DNA of 64,000 nucleotides from Candidatus Latescibacterota bacterium (GTDB lineage: Bacteria > Latescibacterota > UBA2968 > UBA8231). The position numbers were made by a program, and so were the translations under genes. Position 1 is the first letter of the stretch, and every line of letters starts with the position of its first letter. The stretch lies in contig CBDCDC010000001.1 in NCBI GenBank assembly GCA_965215195.1, positions 1,120,001 to 1,184,000 of the forward strand, in the 5' to 3' direction. The notes under the pieces are model-generated. The model was not told the DNA's origin. It worked only from the letters and a program-made list of their open reading frames with translations, and did no database searches. This document shows positions 55,570 to 64,000 of this stretch, piece by piece.

Positions 55570-56840
55570 GCGGCCTCCTCCGGCTTGACGGCCGGTGCGG
55601 GAAGCGCGGCCACCTGTGGCTCGGTGCTGCGCCGGTTGCCCAGCAGGCGGTAATGGGTGGTCAAAACGCCCAGCGCCGCCACGTGCAGCAGGCCGACGAG
55701 GAGCCAATACACGATCGCCAACAGGTTGGCCACCAAGCCGATGGCAATGACCAATGAGAGGAAGTCCCGCTTGGCAATAAAGCCGGTGCGCTCCAAGAAC
55801 CGATAAGTCCAGTCCTTTTCGCAATCGGGGACTTTGTTGCCCAAGTCGCCGAGGTAGTACTGTAGGCTTCCGGTGCCGGTTTTCAGGGCGTAGCTGTAGA
55901 GCAGGATTAGGGTCAGGACCAGCGAGGCGATGGCCGAGATGCCAGCGTAGATGGGCAGGTAATTGTCGGGATAGAGCTGCCACATACCGGCCATCAGGGC
56001 ACCGTACCCGCAGAGATAGGCGAGGTTGTCGGTGACCGTATCGAACCAAGCGCCGAATTTGGTCTCGGCCAGCTTGACGCGGGCGATCTCGCCGTCGCAG
56101 CCGTCGAGGATGGAGGCGAGCTGCCAGAGGACGCCAGCGCAGGCGAGCCGCAGGTAGGAGTCAGGCTGCGTCGCTAGGTACGCGGCGAACAGGCCCGGGC
56201 ACAGGACCATAAAAAAGGTCACCGCGTTGGGCGCGATGCCGGTATCGACGATGAGTTTGCTGATGCGCACGGAGATGCGCACGTTGAGCAGGCGCGCTAC
56301 CGTGCCGCTGGTGGCCTTGCTCACTTGGTCGAAGAGCATGTTCTTAGCGGCGCACGCAGTGGGCTTGTCGGTCACGCGTTGCCACAGGTGCGGCGCAATG
56401 TTTTCGCGGCGCTGCGGGCGCGCTGCGAGCGAGCTCCACAGGTCGCCAGTTAGCGCGTCTGCAGGCAACGCGCCCGGCGCACAGAGGAAGGCCCCGCTGC
56501 TGACGCCGTCGCTGGTCTGCGCGACGAGGTCGTCTCGTTGCAGGCCCGCGTTGAGGAGCGCTCGTAGCGAGGAGTGGTGGTGGACGCAATCGCCCTTGAG
56601 CAGCAGCAAGGGCGCGTCGGGTAGGCGAGCGGCCTGCGGGGTGGTTTGCTCTACTTGGATGTCGAGATCGGGGACTAGGGATTTGCCGCTGGAGGCGTGG
56701 CCGGGGGGCAGCACGACTAAGACGCGCTTGATGCCGGCGCTGGCCATGGTGCGAATTCCGCGTTGGAGGAGGGTGCGGCCAGCGACCTGCACATCGGTTG
56801 CAGCACCAGCGGGAAAAAACAAAATGCCTTGCTCAAGCAT
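55566..56840 (-). CDS. CDP-alcohol phosphatidyltransferase with a degenerate N-terminal nucleotidyltransferase-like domain
   Basis: APNAVT, LDGCDGEIARVK...FGAWFDTVTD; N-terminal VAGRTLLQR lacks the LAAGxGxR motif. Confidence 0.88.
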   Translation of the reverse strand: MLEQGILFFPAGAATDVQVAGRTLLQRGIRTMASAGIKRVLVVLPPGHASSGKSLVPDLDIQVEQTTPQAARLPDAPLLLLKGDCVHHHSSLRALLNAGLQRDDLVAQTSDGVSSGAFLCAPGALPADALTGDLWSSLAARPQRRENIAPHLWQRVTDKPTACAAKNMLFDQVSKATSGTVARLLNVRISVRISKLIVDTGIAPNAVTFFMVLCPGLFAAYLATQPDSYLRLACAGVLWQLASILDGCDGEIARVKLAETKFGAWFDTVTDNLAYLCGYGALMAGMWQLYPDNYLPIYAGISAIASLVLTLILLYSYALKTGTGSLQYYLGDLGNKVPDCEKDWTYRFLERTGFIAKRDFLSLVIAIGLVANLLAIVYWLLVGLLHVAALGVLTTHYRLLGNRRSTEPQVAALPAPAVKPEEAA

Positions 56841-56871
56841 GCGGTTGCCGTTTAGCCGGGGCGGGTTGGGG

Positions 56872-57108
56872 TTATCCGGGTAGCTTGCTGAGGATGCTAA
56901 AAAGCAGGCTGCCCATAGAGATGAGCGTTGCGATCTGGATGCCCAGCAGCCAATACATGCGGCTATTGAGTGCGTCGATGCGGCGGCTCAGCTCGCCCAT
57001 ACCGCGCTCGATCGCGTCCAAGCGGTAGTTGAGTTGCTCGGCAATGCCTTCTAACCGTCCAATGCGGCGGTCGTGGTCTTGTGCTTGGGTTAGGGGTTGC
57101 TCGGTCAT
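56872..57108 (-). CDS. Small coiled-coil plus C-terminal TM protein, copy 1
   Basis: MTEQPLTQAQDHDRRIGRLEG...WLLGIQIATLISMGSLLFSIL; AAGGA RBS. Confidence 0.8.
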   Translation of the reverse strand: MTEQPLTQAQDHDRRIGRLEGIAEQLNYRLDAIERGMGELSRRIDALNSRMYWLLGIQIATLISMGSLLFSILSKLPG

Positions 57109-57243
57109 GGTGGTTCCTTTCGGGGGGATGCCCGGTCCTTGATATGCCCCAAAGCGCGGTCAATCGCCAGCGAGCCAATTTGGGGCTGGATAAAATAAGA
57201 AACACTTATTATGCGGTTGCCGTTTAGCCGGGGCGGGTTGGGG

Positions 57244-57492
57244 TTATTCGGGTAGCTTGCTGAGGATGCTAAAAAGCAGGCTGCCCATGGCGATCAGACT
57301 GGCGATCTGCATCCCGACAAGCCAGCGCGTCAGCGCGTCAATGCGGCGGTTGGTCTGCTGTTGGCCTTGCCGCAGTTCGACAAGGGCACGGTCAATCGCG
57401 TCCAAGCGGTAGTTGAGTTGCTCGGCAATGCCTTCTAACCGTCCAATGCGGCGGTCGTGGTCTTGTGCTTGGGTTAGGGGTTGCTCGGTCAT
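57244..57492 (-). CDS. Small coiled-coil plus C-terminal TM protein, copy 2
   Basis: Same termini, different heptad core. Confidence 0.8.
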   Translation of the reverse strand: MTEQPLTQAQDHDRRIGRLEGIAEQLNYRLDAIDRALVELRQGQQQTNRRIDALTRWLVGMQIASLIAMGSLLFSILSKLPE

Positions 57493-57670
57493 GGTGGTTC
57501 CTTTCGGGGGGATGCCCGGTCCTTGATATGCCCCAAAGCGCGGTCAATCGCCAGCGAGCCAATTTGGGGCTGGATAAAATAAGAAACACTTATTATAAGG
57601 AATTTTGTATCGTTTGTCGGCCCTTAAATTCGCATGGCTATTGGGTTACAATTAACAGAAAGGGCGTGTC

Positions 57671-59689
57671 ATGGCGGTTAAGACCTTTGCATGGCTGCTT
57701 CTGGTGGGCTGGGCGACGGCTAGCAGTGCCCAGCGGCAAAGCTGGCAAATTGGCGGCGCGGGCTTGGCTTGGAGTGAGGGCGATTCTGCTGTGGTGCTCG
57801 TCGATTTCGACTCGGCACCCGGGGCGATTCAACCCGTCTATATCGATCCCGACCAAAGTTTGTTCTCGCTCCTTACTGACTGGGAACCGCTCAAAGAGCC
57901 CCGCGAGTTGACCTATGTCGAAGGCGAGACGCCGCGAGCTTGGAAGGGTGCAGAGGGCAACGAGACGACGGCCCACAATGGCACCTATATGGTCGATGGC
58001 GACAGTATGTCCTTTAATCCGCCGGTCTCGTCCAATCCCGAATCGGTCTGGTACACCATTGATCTAGCCGTGCCCGTGCCTGCGCACCGCTTTGGTTTTT
58101 TTACGCCGCCGCGGGGCTTTCGCTCCGACGGCATTCCCTTTGCCCAAGATGCCGTGCCCGCCTATGAGGTCTCCATTGCGGCGGAAGGCGATCCGAGTTG
58201 GCTCGAAGGCAGTCAGCCATACCAGCGAATTGGTCCGCTAATCGCCGATGTGGCCGAAAACTTTGCCGCCCGGGTGCAGATCGAATTTCCCAGACAATAC
58301 GTGCGTTTTGTGCGCTATAAGCGGAAGACGTCGCTGTTGGATTCGGGGAGGGGAGGCAACACTAGCGTGGGTTCCGGGACCGCTTTCAAGGGATCCATCG
58401 GGGACTTTGAACTCTTTGGCGAGGGGGTGCCGCGCAAGGCGGTTTACCGCTCGCGGATTTTCGCATTGGAAAAGCCCGTCAACTTAGGTCGTCTGTCGTG
58501 GGCGGCAACGCGGCTGCGCGCAGTTGATGGCAAACTGGTGGAGGCGCCCGATGCCGAGGTGGGGGTGGCGGTGGAGGTGCGCACGGGGCGCGACGGGGAT
58601 CCGAACATCTACCACGAATACACCGACCGCGGGGGGGAAGAGGTGGTGCCGCGCGAACGCTACGACTTGGTCTTGCAGCCGCGCTGGCGCGCCGGTCGCC
58701 TGCGCGATCCCCGACCGGGGATGCGGGCCTCGATCACCTACGACAGCGACAATTGGTCTTTTTGGTCGTTGCCCTTTTCTGAGCCGGGGCAGGCGATTGC
58801 CCTCAAAGGGGGAACGCATTTCCAGTTGCGTATTACGCTCACAAGCGAGGAGTTTACCGCATTCGTGCGGCTTGACTCGTTGTGGATTGAGACGGCACCG
58901 CTACTGGCTAGCCGGGTCGTGGGCGAGGTGGCGCTAGCCGGCGACGTGCAGCCGGCAGGGGGCTTGACCCAAGTGCCGTTGGGGACCGCGGCCGAGCTGA
59001 TCTACGATATCCGCGGCGAATTTGCCGATGCGGGGGCCGGCTTTGACGCGCTGAGGATTCGCACCGGGACGCGGGCTGCGTTTACCCGGCTAGAGATGGG
59101 AGACCCGCCGAGGGCGATTGAGCCGGTTGAAGTCGTCGAAGGCGACGAGGAACTCGCGGTCGCCTTGCCGGAGCGGGTCGGGCCGGGGTCCGCGCAGGGG
59201 GCGCGGGTCGTCTTTGTCGCCGATGTGTTCTCGCTGGCTTGGACGTTTTCGGGCGAGGTCTATAATGCAGGCGTCGATGCACTGCCCCAGCCCGTTGAGC
59301 CGGGCGATGCCAGCGCCGAACTGGGGACCAATAGTCTGCGGGTCTTGGGGATGGCCGGGCAAAGCACCGGGCCGGTGGTGGGGTTGGATTTTTCCACTAG
59401 GGTGCTGACGCCCAATGGCGACGGAGTCCACGACGAGGTCGAGATCAGCTATGCACTGGTGGGGTTGCCCGAAGCGGTGCCCGTGGCGTTCAAGGTGTAT
59501 TCGCTCGACCGAAGGCGAGTGGCCAAGCGGTCATTAGGTTCGCAGCGCTTCGGGGCGCAGCGGGTGCGCTGGGATGGGCGCGATGAGGGCGGGGTTTTGT
59601 TGTCGCCGGGTCTCTATCTCGTCGAAGTAGTGCCTGAAGCCGAGCAGACCGGGGTCCGTCGGTTGCGCCCACTAACGGTGATCTACTGA
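57671..59689 (+). CDS. Secreted protein with C-terminal FlgD-Ig-like domain
   Basis: Signal peptide; TPNGDGVHD...RWDGRDEGG..LSPGLYL. Confidence 0.82.
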   Translation: MAVKTFAWLLLVGWATASSAQRQSWQIGGAGLAWSEGDSAVVLVDFDSAPGAIQPVYIDPDQSLFSLLTDWEPLKEPRELTYVEGETPRAWKGAEGNETTAHNGTYMVDGDSMSFNPPVSSNPESVWYTIDLAVPVPAHRFGFFTPPRGFRSDGIPFAQDAVPAYEVSIAAEGDPSWLEGSQPYQRIGPLIADVAENFAARVQIEFPRQYVRFVRYKRKTSLLDSGRGGNTSVGSGTAFKGSIGDFELFGEGVPRKAVYRSRIFALEKPVNLGRLSWAATRLRAVDGKLVEAPDAEVGVAVEVRTGRDGDPNIYHEYTDRGGEEVVPRERYDLVLQPRWRAGRLRDPRPGMRASITYDSDNWSFWSLPFSEPGQAIALKGGTHFQLRITLTSEEFTAFVRLDSLWIETAPLLASRVVGEVALAGDVQPAGGLTQVPLGTAAELIYDIRGEFADAGAGFDALRIRTGTRAAFTRLEMGDPPRAIEPVEVVEGDEELAVALPERVGPGSAQGARVVFVADVFSLAWTFSGEVYNAGVDALPQPVEPGDASAELGTNSLRVLGMAGQSTGPVVGLDFSTRVLTPNGDGVHDEVEISYALVGLPEAVPVAFKVYSLDRRRVAKRSLGSQRFGAQRVRWDGRDEGGVLLSPGLYLVEVVPEAEQTGVRRLRPLTVIY

Positions 59690-62031
59690 TGCGCTCGCTT
59701 TACGCGCTCCTCTTGGGAATCGGCGCGGTATGGGCCGATGAGCTCCGCTTCGACAGTGCGGCCGCGTGGCGGACTTGGCAGATGCCCAACGACTTGGTGC
59801 AGATCGATGCCAGCGGTAGGCTGCGGCTGACGAAATTCCGCAAGGAGATCAACGCCGTGGCCAACGCCGGGGACTTTCGCCATCCAACGCAGGAGCGCGG
59901 CGAGGTGAGCGGCGGGATCTGGGAGGCCAAGAGCAATCCGCAGACGGCAGGCTTGATTATCGATGGCGATCGGGCAACCTTCTGGCAACCCGACCCCGAC
60001 GATGCGCTCGATCAGTGGTCGGTGCAAATAGATTTGGGGCGTCCGGTGCTGGCGCGCCAGATTCGCTTGGTCTTTCCCGACCGCGCAGGAGCGCGGCCCC
60101 TGCGGCAATTCAGCGTCTTTGTCGCCTCGGGGGCGCGCATCCAAGCGCTCAACGATGTGTTCAAGTTTGAAGCGATCTATCGCACGTCCAGACCCAATAG
60201 TGCTACCGAACTGGTGATTCCCTTGCAGTATCTAAGGACCGACAGCACCTATGTACTCGACGAGGGGCTGAAGCTCGACTTAGAGCGCGAGAAGCGCTTT
60301 CAAGTGATCCAGTACATCATCATCGAAATCGACGAACACAGCCCGGGCGCGGCGCTGGCCGAGGTCGAGGTCTTGGCAGTGGGGGACAATGTGAGCTTGG
60401 GCACGGCCGGTCGCGGTGGCAGCTTTCTCGAAGGCGGTCGGACTACGGGCGCGGCCCTGATGTTCGACGGCGATATGGACAGCTTCGCCCTGTTGACCAG
60501 TGCCGAGGGAGGTTGGGTGGAGGCCGGGGTGTGGTGGCGAGTGGATCTGGGAGCGGTGTTCTTCCTCGACGAGCTTTTCATCTACTTCAGCCAGCTAGGC
60601 GAAGGGCTGCGCAGCCAAGTCCAAGGAGGCAATCCCTCGGCCGCGGGCGGGTTGTTTCTGGTGTCCGACGGCCGCCCGGCCACTGGATCGGGGTTGCCGG
60701 TGCCCGAGCGAGTTGACTACGAGGTACTGGTCGAAGATCGCTGTCGGCCGCAGTGCCTCGGCCGGCTGTTTCACCAGCGCTATCTGTTCGCTCCGCGCAA
60801 GGTGCGCTATCTGTTGTGGCACGAGATTGACGGGACGCCGCAGGGATTTGGTTGGGGTCTGGAGGCGATGCTTTTTTCCGCGGGTCATCCGGCCGAGGTG
60901 AACATGCGCTCGGGCTTTATCGACTTGGCGGCTCAGGCGGGTGGCGGTCGGCCCCAAGTGATCGAGCGGCTTACGTGGGAAGCGGAGTTGCCGCCGCGCA
61001 CCAAGATCCAGCTGCGTTCGCGCTCGGGCAATGCACTGCGGGAACTGTACACTTTTTTTGACCGCAAAGGCGATGTCGTCACCGAGGAGAAGTGGAACAG
61101 TTTGCCCAAGGTATTAAAAGGTCCCCTTGATACGACCTTGGTCGTCGGCGCAGATTGGGACGCTTGGAGCAATGTGTACCAGGCTTCGGGCGAGGCTTTC
61201 CAATCGGCGAGTCCGCGTCGCTTCGTGCAACTGGAGATGATTCTCGCAACCGACGACCCACACGTGGCCCCGGCCGTGGAGGCGCTGGCGATAGAGTTTG
61301 CCGACGCGCTAGTGCAAGAGGCGCGCGGGCAAATCTGGCCGCGGGAAGCCCAGCTCAACGAGGATACGCGCTTTACCTATACGCTGTGGCCGGGCACCGA
61401 CGGGCAGGACAGCGGCTTTGATCGCCTGCGCTTGCGCATCCCCGGCGCGACCACAGGCGACGTGGCCCTGCGGATCGGCGGAGAGGAGGTGGTGCCCGAG
61501 GCCGTGAGGTTGCACGGCGATACGCTCTTGATCTTGTTGCCGCGCATAGTGGTCGCCGATTCGGTGGAAGTGGATTTTACCGCGCGGCTGTGGGACAACG
61601 CGGCGCTCTTTGCACTCGATCTAGGCGCGGGCGAGCGCCCCGGGATCTGGCAGTCGGTAGTAGCGAGCCAGCGACGGGCCAATATCGTGTTGTTGCCCGA
61701 CCTGCCCGACCAGTCCGCGCTCGTCGGCGATGTGGAGATTGCGCCCGCGGCGTTTACGCCCAACGGCGATGGAGTCAACGACGCGGCCGAGATCGGCTTT
61801 ATCGTTTTTAAGGCGCAGGACATTCAGCCGCGAGTGCAGATTTTTGACGTCGCCGGGCGGTTGGTGGCTCAGCCTGCTGGTGGCGAGGTTGCCGGACGCT
61901 GGCACTTTCGCTGGTCGGGGCGGACTGCGAGCAATGGGTTGGCCTTGCCGGGGATGTATCTTTGCCGGATTGATCTAGGGACGGCGAGCGGTAACGCGGC
62001 GGTCTTGCGGCCGCTCGCCGTGGCCTATTAG
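59689..62031 (+). CDS. Secreted discoidin-like plus FlgD-Ig-like protein (paralog of the upstream gene)
   Basis: IIDGDRATFW, QIDLGR, FTPNGDGVND, WSGR..LPGMYL; TGATG coupling. Confidence 0.82.
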   Translation: MRSLYALLLGIGAVWADELRFDSAAAWRTWQMPNDLVQIDASGRLRLTKFRKEINAVANAGDFRHPTQERGEVSGGIWEAKSNPQTAGLIIDGDRATFWQPDPDDALDQWSVQIDLGRPVLARQIRLVFPDRAGARPLRQFSVFVASGARIQALNDVFKFEAIYRTSRPNSATELVIPLQYLRTDSTYVLDEGLKLDLEREKRFQVIQYIIIEIDEHSPGAALAEVEVLAVGDNVSLGTAGRGGSFLEGGRTTGAALMFDGDMDSFALLTSAEGGWVEAGVWWRVDLGAVFFLDELFIYFSQLGEGLRSQVQGGNPSAAGGLFLVSDGRPATGSGLPVPERVDYEVLVEDRCRPQCLGRLFHQRYLFAPRKVRYLLWHEIDGTPQGFGWGLEAMLFSAGHPAEVNMRSGFIDLAAQAGGGRPQVIERLTWEAELPPRTKIQLRSRSGNALRELYTFFDRKGDVVTEEKWNSLPKVLKGPLDTTLVVGADWDAWSNVYQASGEAFQSASPRRFVQLEMILATDDPHVAPAVEALAIEFADALVQEARGQIWPREAQLNEDTRFTYTLWPGTDGQDSGFDRLRLRIPGATTGDVALRIGGEEVVPEAVRLHGDTLLILLPRIVVADSVEVDFTARLWDNAALFALDLGAGERPGIWQSVVASQRRANIVLLPDLPDQSALVGDVEIAPAAFTPNGDGVNDAAEIGFIVFKAQDIQPRVQIFDVAGRLVAQPAGGEVAGRWHFRWSGRTASNGLALPGMYLCRIDLGTASGNAAVLRPLAVAY

Positions 62032-62063
62032 CTCCCAAACCCCAACGAACAAAGGCAGGTATC

Positions 62064-63089
62064 ATGGCGGTTAAGACGTGTTTGATGATCGGCACCAGCG
62101 GCATGGCGGGCGGTTGGATCGGACGGATGACCGAGCGCATAGGAGACCGGATCCAGATCGTCGGGCTGGTGGATGTCAACGAGGAGCTGCTTGCCGCTGG
62201 AGGAGCCAAGCTCGGCTTGGACGCCGATCAGCTCTTTACTGACTACGAAGAGGCTTGCGCCAAAGTGCAGGCCGATTTCTGCGGCATTGCCACCCCGCCG
62301 CAGTTCCACAGCCCGCAGGCCATCGCCGCGCTGGAAGCGGGGATGCCGGTCATTTGCGAGAAGCCAATTGCCGATACGTTGGCAGCGGCCAAGGCCATGG
62401 CGGCCAAGGCCGCGGAGACCGGGCTGCCGTGCGCGATTATCCAGAATTACCGCTACGCGCCCAACAAGCAGGAGCTGGTGCGGATTCGCGCCGAAGGGCG
62501 GCTTGGGCGGCTGCAGCACATCTTCGGCCGCTACGCCTGCGACTATCGCGAATACATGTCGTGGGGCAAGGCGTGGCGGCACGATATGGATTTCAGCTTG
62601 CTCTTTGAGGGCGCGGTGCATCACTTCGATATGATGCGCTTTTTGTCGGGCGGGGATTGCGAGGTGTTGCAAGGGTTTGGGTGGAACCCGGCGTGGTCGA
62701 GTTTTAAGCACTATTCGAGCGGGTTTTATCTGATGAGGATGGACAATGGAGTACACGCGGCATACGAGGGGAACAGTTCGGCGGCTGGGATTACGAGCTG
62801 TTGGCAGCGCGAGTACTATCGCTTGGAATTCGAGGAAGGAACGGTGGAGGTGGGGGCGGGAGACGAAGTGCGAATTTATCGGGTGGGGCAGGAGGTGGAG
62901 GTGTATCCAGCGCCGACCATGGAGTGGGCTGGGCACGACTATTTGTTCAAGGAGTTTGTGGACTGGCTGGAGGGGGGCAAGGCCTCGGCGACGAGGATTG
63001 AAGATAATTTGCAGAGTTTTGCGCTGGTGATTGCGGCGATGGAGACGACCGAGGATGGGCAGCCCAAGCGCATTGCGGATTATTTGTAG
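62064..63089 (+). CDS. Gfo/Idh/MocA oxidoreductase
   Basis: IATPPQFH, VICEKP, QNYRY, EGAVHHFD. Confidence 0.92.
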   Translation: MAVKTCLMIGTSGMAGGWIGRMTERIGDRIQIVGLVDVNEELLAAGGAKLGLDADQLFTDYEEACAKVQADFCGIATPPQFHSPQAIAALEAGMPVICEKPIADTLAAAKAMAAKAAETGLPCAIIQNYRYAPNKQELVRIRAEGRLGRLQHIFGRYACDYREYMSWGKAWRHDMDFSLLFEGAVHHFDMMRFLSGGDCEVLQGFGWNPAWSSFKHYSSGFYLMRMDNGVHAAYEGNSSAAGITSCWQREYYRLEFEEGTVEVGAGDEVRIYRVGQEVEVYPAPTMEWAGHDYLFKEFVDWLEGGKASATRIEDNLQSFALVIAAMETTEDGQPKRIADYL

Positions 63090-63236
63090 GGCACGATGGC
63101 CTCGAGGACGGAGACGCACCCGCACATCAATGTCGACACGGGTTTCTCCGCCGCCTTGGAGGACGCCGTGCGTCGGCAACTCCGGTTTGACGAGGAGCAT
63201 CTTGCGCTGGTGGACGGGTGGCCCGGCCTGCAACTG

Positions 63237-63353
63237 GTACATTTCAAGCTCGGACTAGGGGTGGATGCCGGCGCGTTCCATGTCGCGGCGGACGCGCTCG
63301 ACAAACAGCACCTGTAGGGTGAAGCGTTCGACGTGGGTGATGTGGGCCGTGAT
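63237..63353 (-). pseudogene. Possible N-terminal remnant of an enolase-superfamily gene
   Basis: ITAHITHVERFTLQVLFVERVRRDMERAGIHP*SELEMY with GC-rich third positions and an internal stop. Confidence 0.3.
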
Positions 63354-63374
63354 GGGCCGGCTTTCCTTGGCGTT

Positions 63375-63641
63375 TTATCCGGGTAGCTTGCTGAGGATGC
63401 TAAACAGTAGGCTGCCGATAGCGATTAGGCTGGCTACCTGAATGCCGACAAGCCAGCGCGTCAGTGTGTCAATGCGGCGATTTAGGGCGGCGATCTCTTG
63501 CCTCACTTCGGCCAAGGCGCGTTCAACGGACTCAATCCGCTTTTCAATGGAGTCCAAGCGGCGGTCAAGCTGCTCGGCAATCCCTTCTAACCGTCCAATG
63601 CGACGGTCGTGGTCTTGCGCTTGCGTAATCGGTTCGGTCAT
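63375..63641 (-). CDS. Small coiled-coil plus C-terminal TM protein, copy 3
   Basis: MTEPITQAQDHDRRIGRLEG...TRWLVGIQVASLIAIGSLLFSILSKLPG, longer core. Confidence 0.8.
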   Translation of the reverse strand: MTEPITQAQDHDRRIGRLEGIAEQLDRRLDSIEKRIESVERALAEVRQEIAALNRRIDTLTRWLVGIQVASLIAIGSLLFSILSKLPG

Positions 63642-63699
63642 GGGTTTAGGCCCCAGCCGCTGCGTAGGCGGCCGGGGGTTTCCTTAGAGAGCATCCCGC

Positions 63700-63727
63700 A
63701 TCGGCGTTTATCTGCGTTCATCTGCGG
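63700..63727. repeat. 10-mer tandem REP-like repeat
   Basis: ATCGGCGTTT ATCTGCGTTC ATCTGCGG. Confidence 0.5.
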
Positions 63728-64000
63728 GTGCTTTGCCGCTTTTTAGCGCGGATCGCGCTCGAGGTTGAGCGGCACTGCGTAGCGAGGGTCGGCGGCCGGC
63801 CGGCCGGCCGGGCAGCGGATCCTCCAGAAAGGTGATGCTCTCGTAGTAATCGTCCAGTGCGATAAACCGGCCCATTCACACATTCGGCGGTTGCAACTGT
63901 GCCGCCACGACCGCCAGCTTCTGCGGTGATACCTTGGCCATTGCGGTCCTCTGTGCCGAATTGTGAGGGATGGGAACGGGCTTTTTCGCGTCCTCAGACT

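Larger units (their letters stand above)
56839..57594. repeat. Tandem duplication (372-bp plus 384-bp units) with a divergent core
   Basis: Units start at 56839 and 57211; first 78 bp have 1 mismatch, last 200 bp are identical, cores of 94 and 106 bp diverge. Confidence 0.92.

Noticed and set aside
56839-57594. Diversity-generating retroelement TR/VR pair
   Set aside because: Differences include indels and are not adenine-specific; no reverse transcriptase is in the window.
63096-63317. 73-aa plus-strand ORF as a real gene
   Set aside because: Its 3' part is the antisense of a probable enolase-family remnant; no other support.
63742-63942. Short minus-strand reading MAKVSPQKL...*MGRFIALDDYYESITF...
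   Set aside because: It has an internal stop and no identifiable family; too weak to annotate.

Overview
GC-rich bacterial chromosomal window with no rRNA, tRNA or CRISPR array. The gene set suggests (inference) a Candidatus Latescibacterota/Poribacteria-like FCB-group bacterium, probably marine and sponge-associated. It includes six PhyH-family Fe/2OG dioxygenases, sugar isomerases and dehydratases, sulfatase/sulfotransferases, a DUF6785/6784-type membrane protein, FlgD-Ig secreted proteins, internalin-like LRR lipoproteins and a C-terminal WGxLK motif. Catabolic genes are interleaved with lower-GC defence/toxin-antitoxin modules, most of them disarmed, plus an intact IS701 with a 5-bp target duplication, a two-copy MITE and several REP-like palindromes. 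Best leads: (1) two divergently oriented LRR lipoprotein paralogs with hypervariable repeats, next to ~75-bp inverted repeats whose inversion would put them in tandem; (2) three PhyH-like enzymes with halogenase-type HxG motifs; (3) a ~185-nt structured RNA candidate between convergent genes; (4) a tandem coiled-coil/TM minigene with identical flanks and a swapped core; (5) an AlbA_2-HATPase plus ParA pair. Frameshifts at 34-44.5 kb are probably sequencing errors. All family calls come from motif recognition, not database searches.
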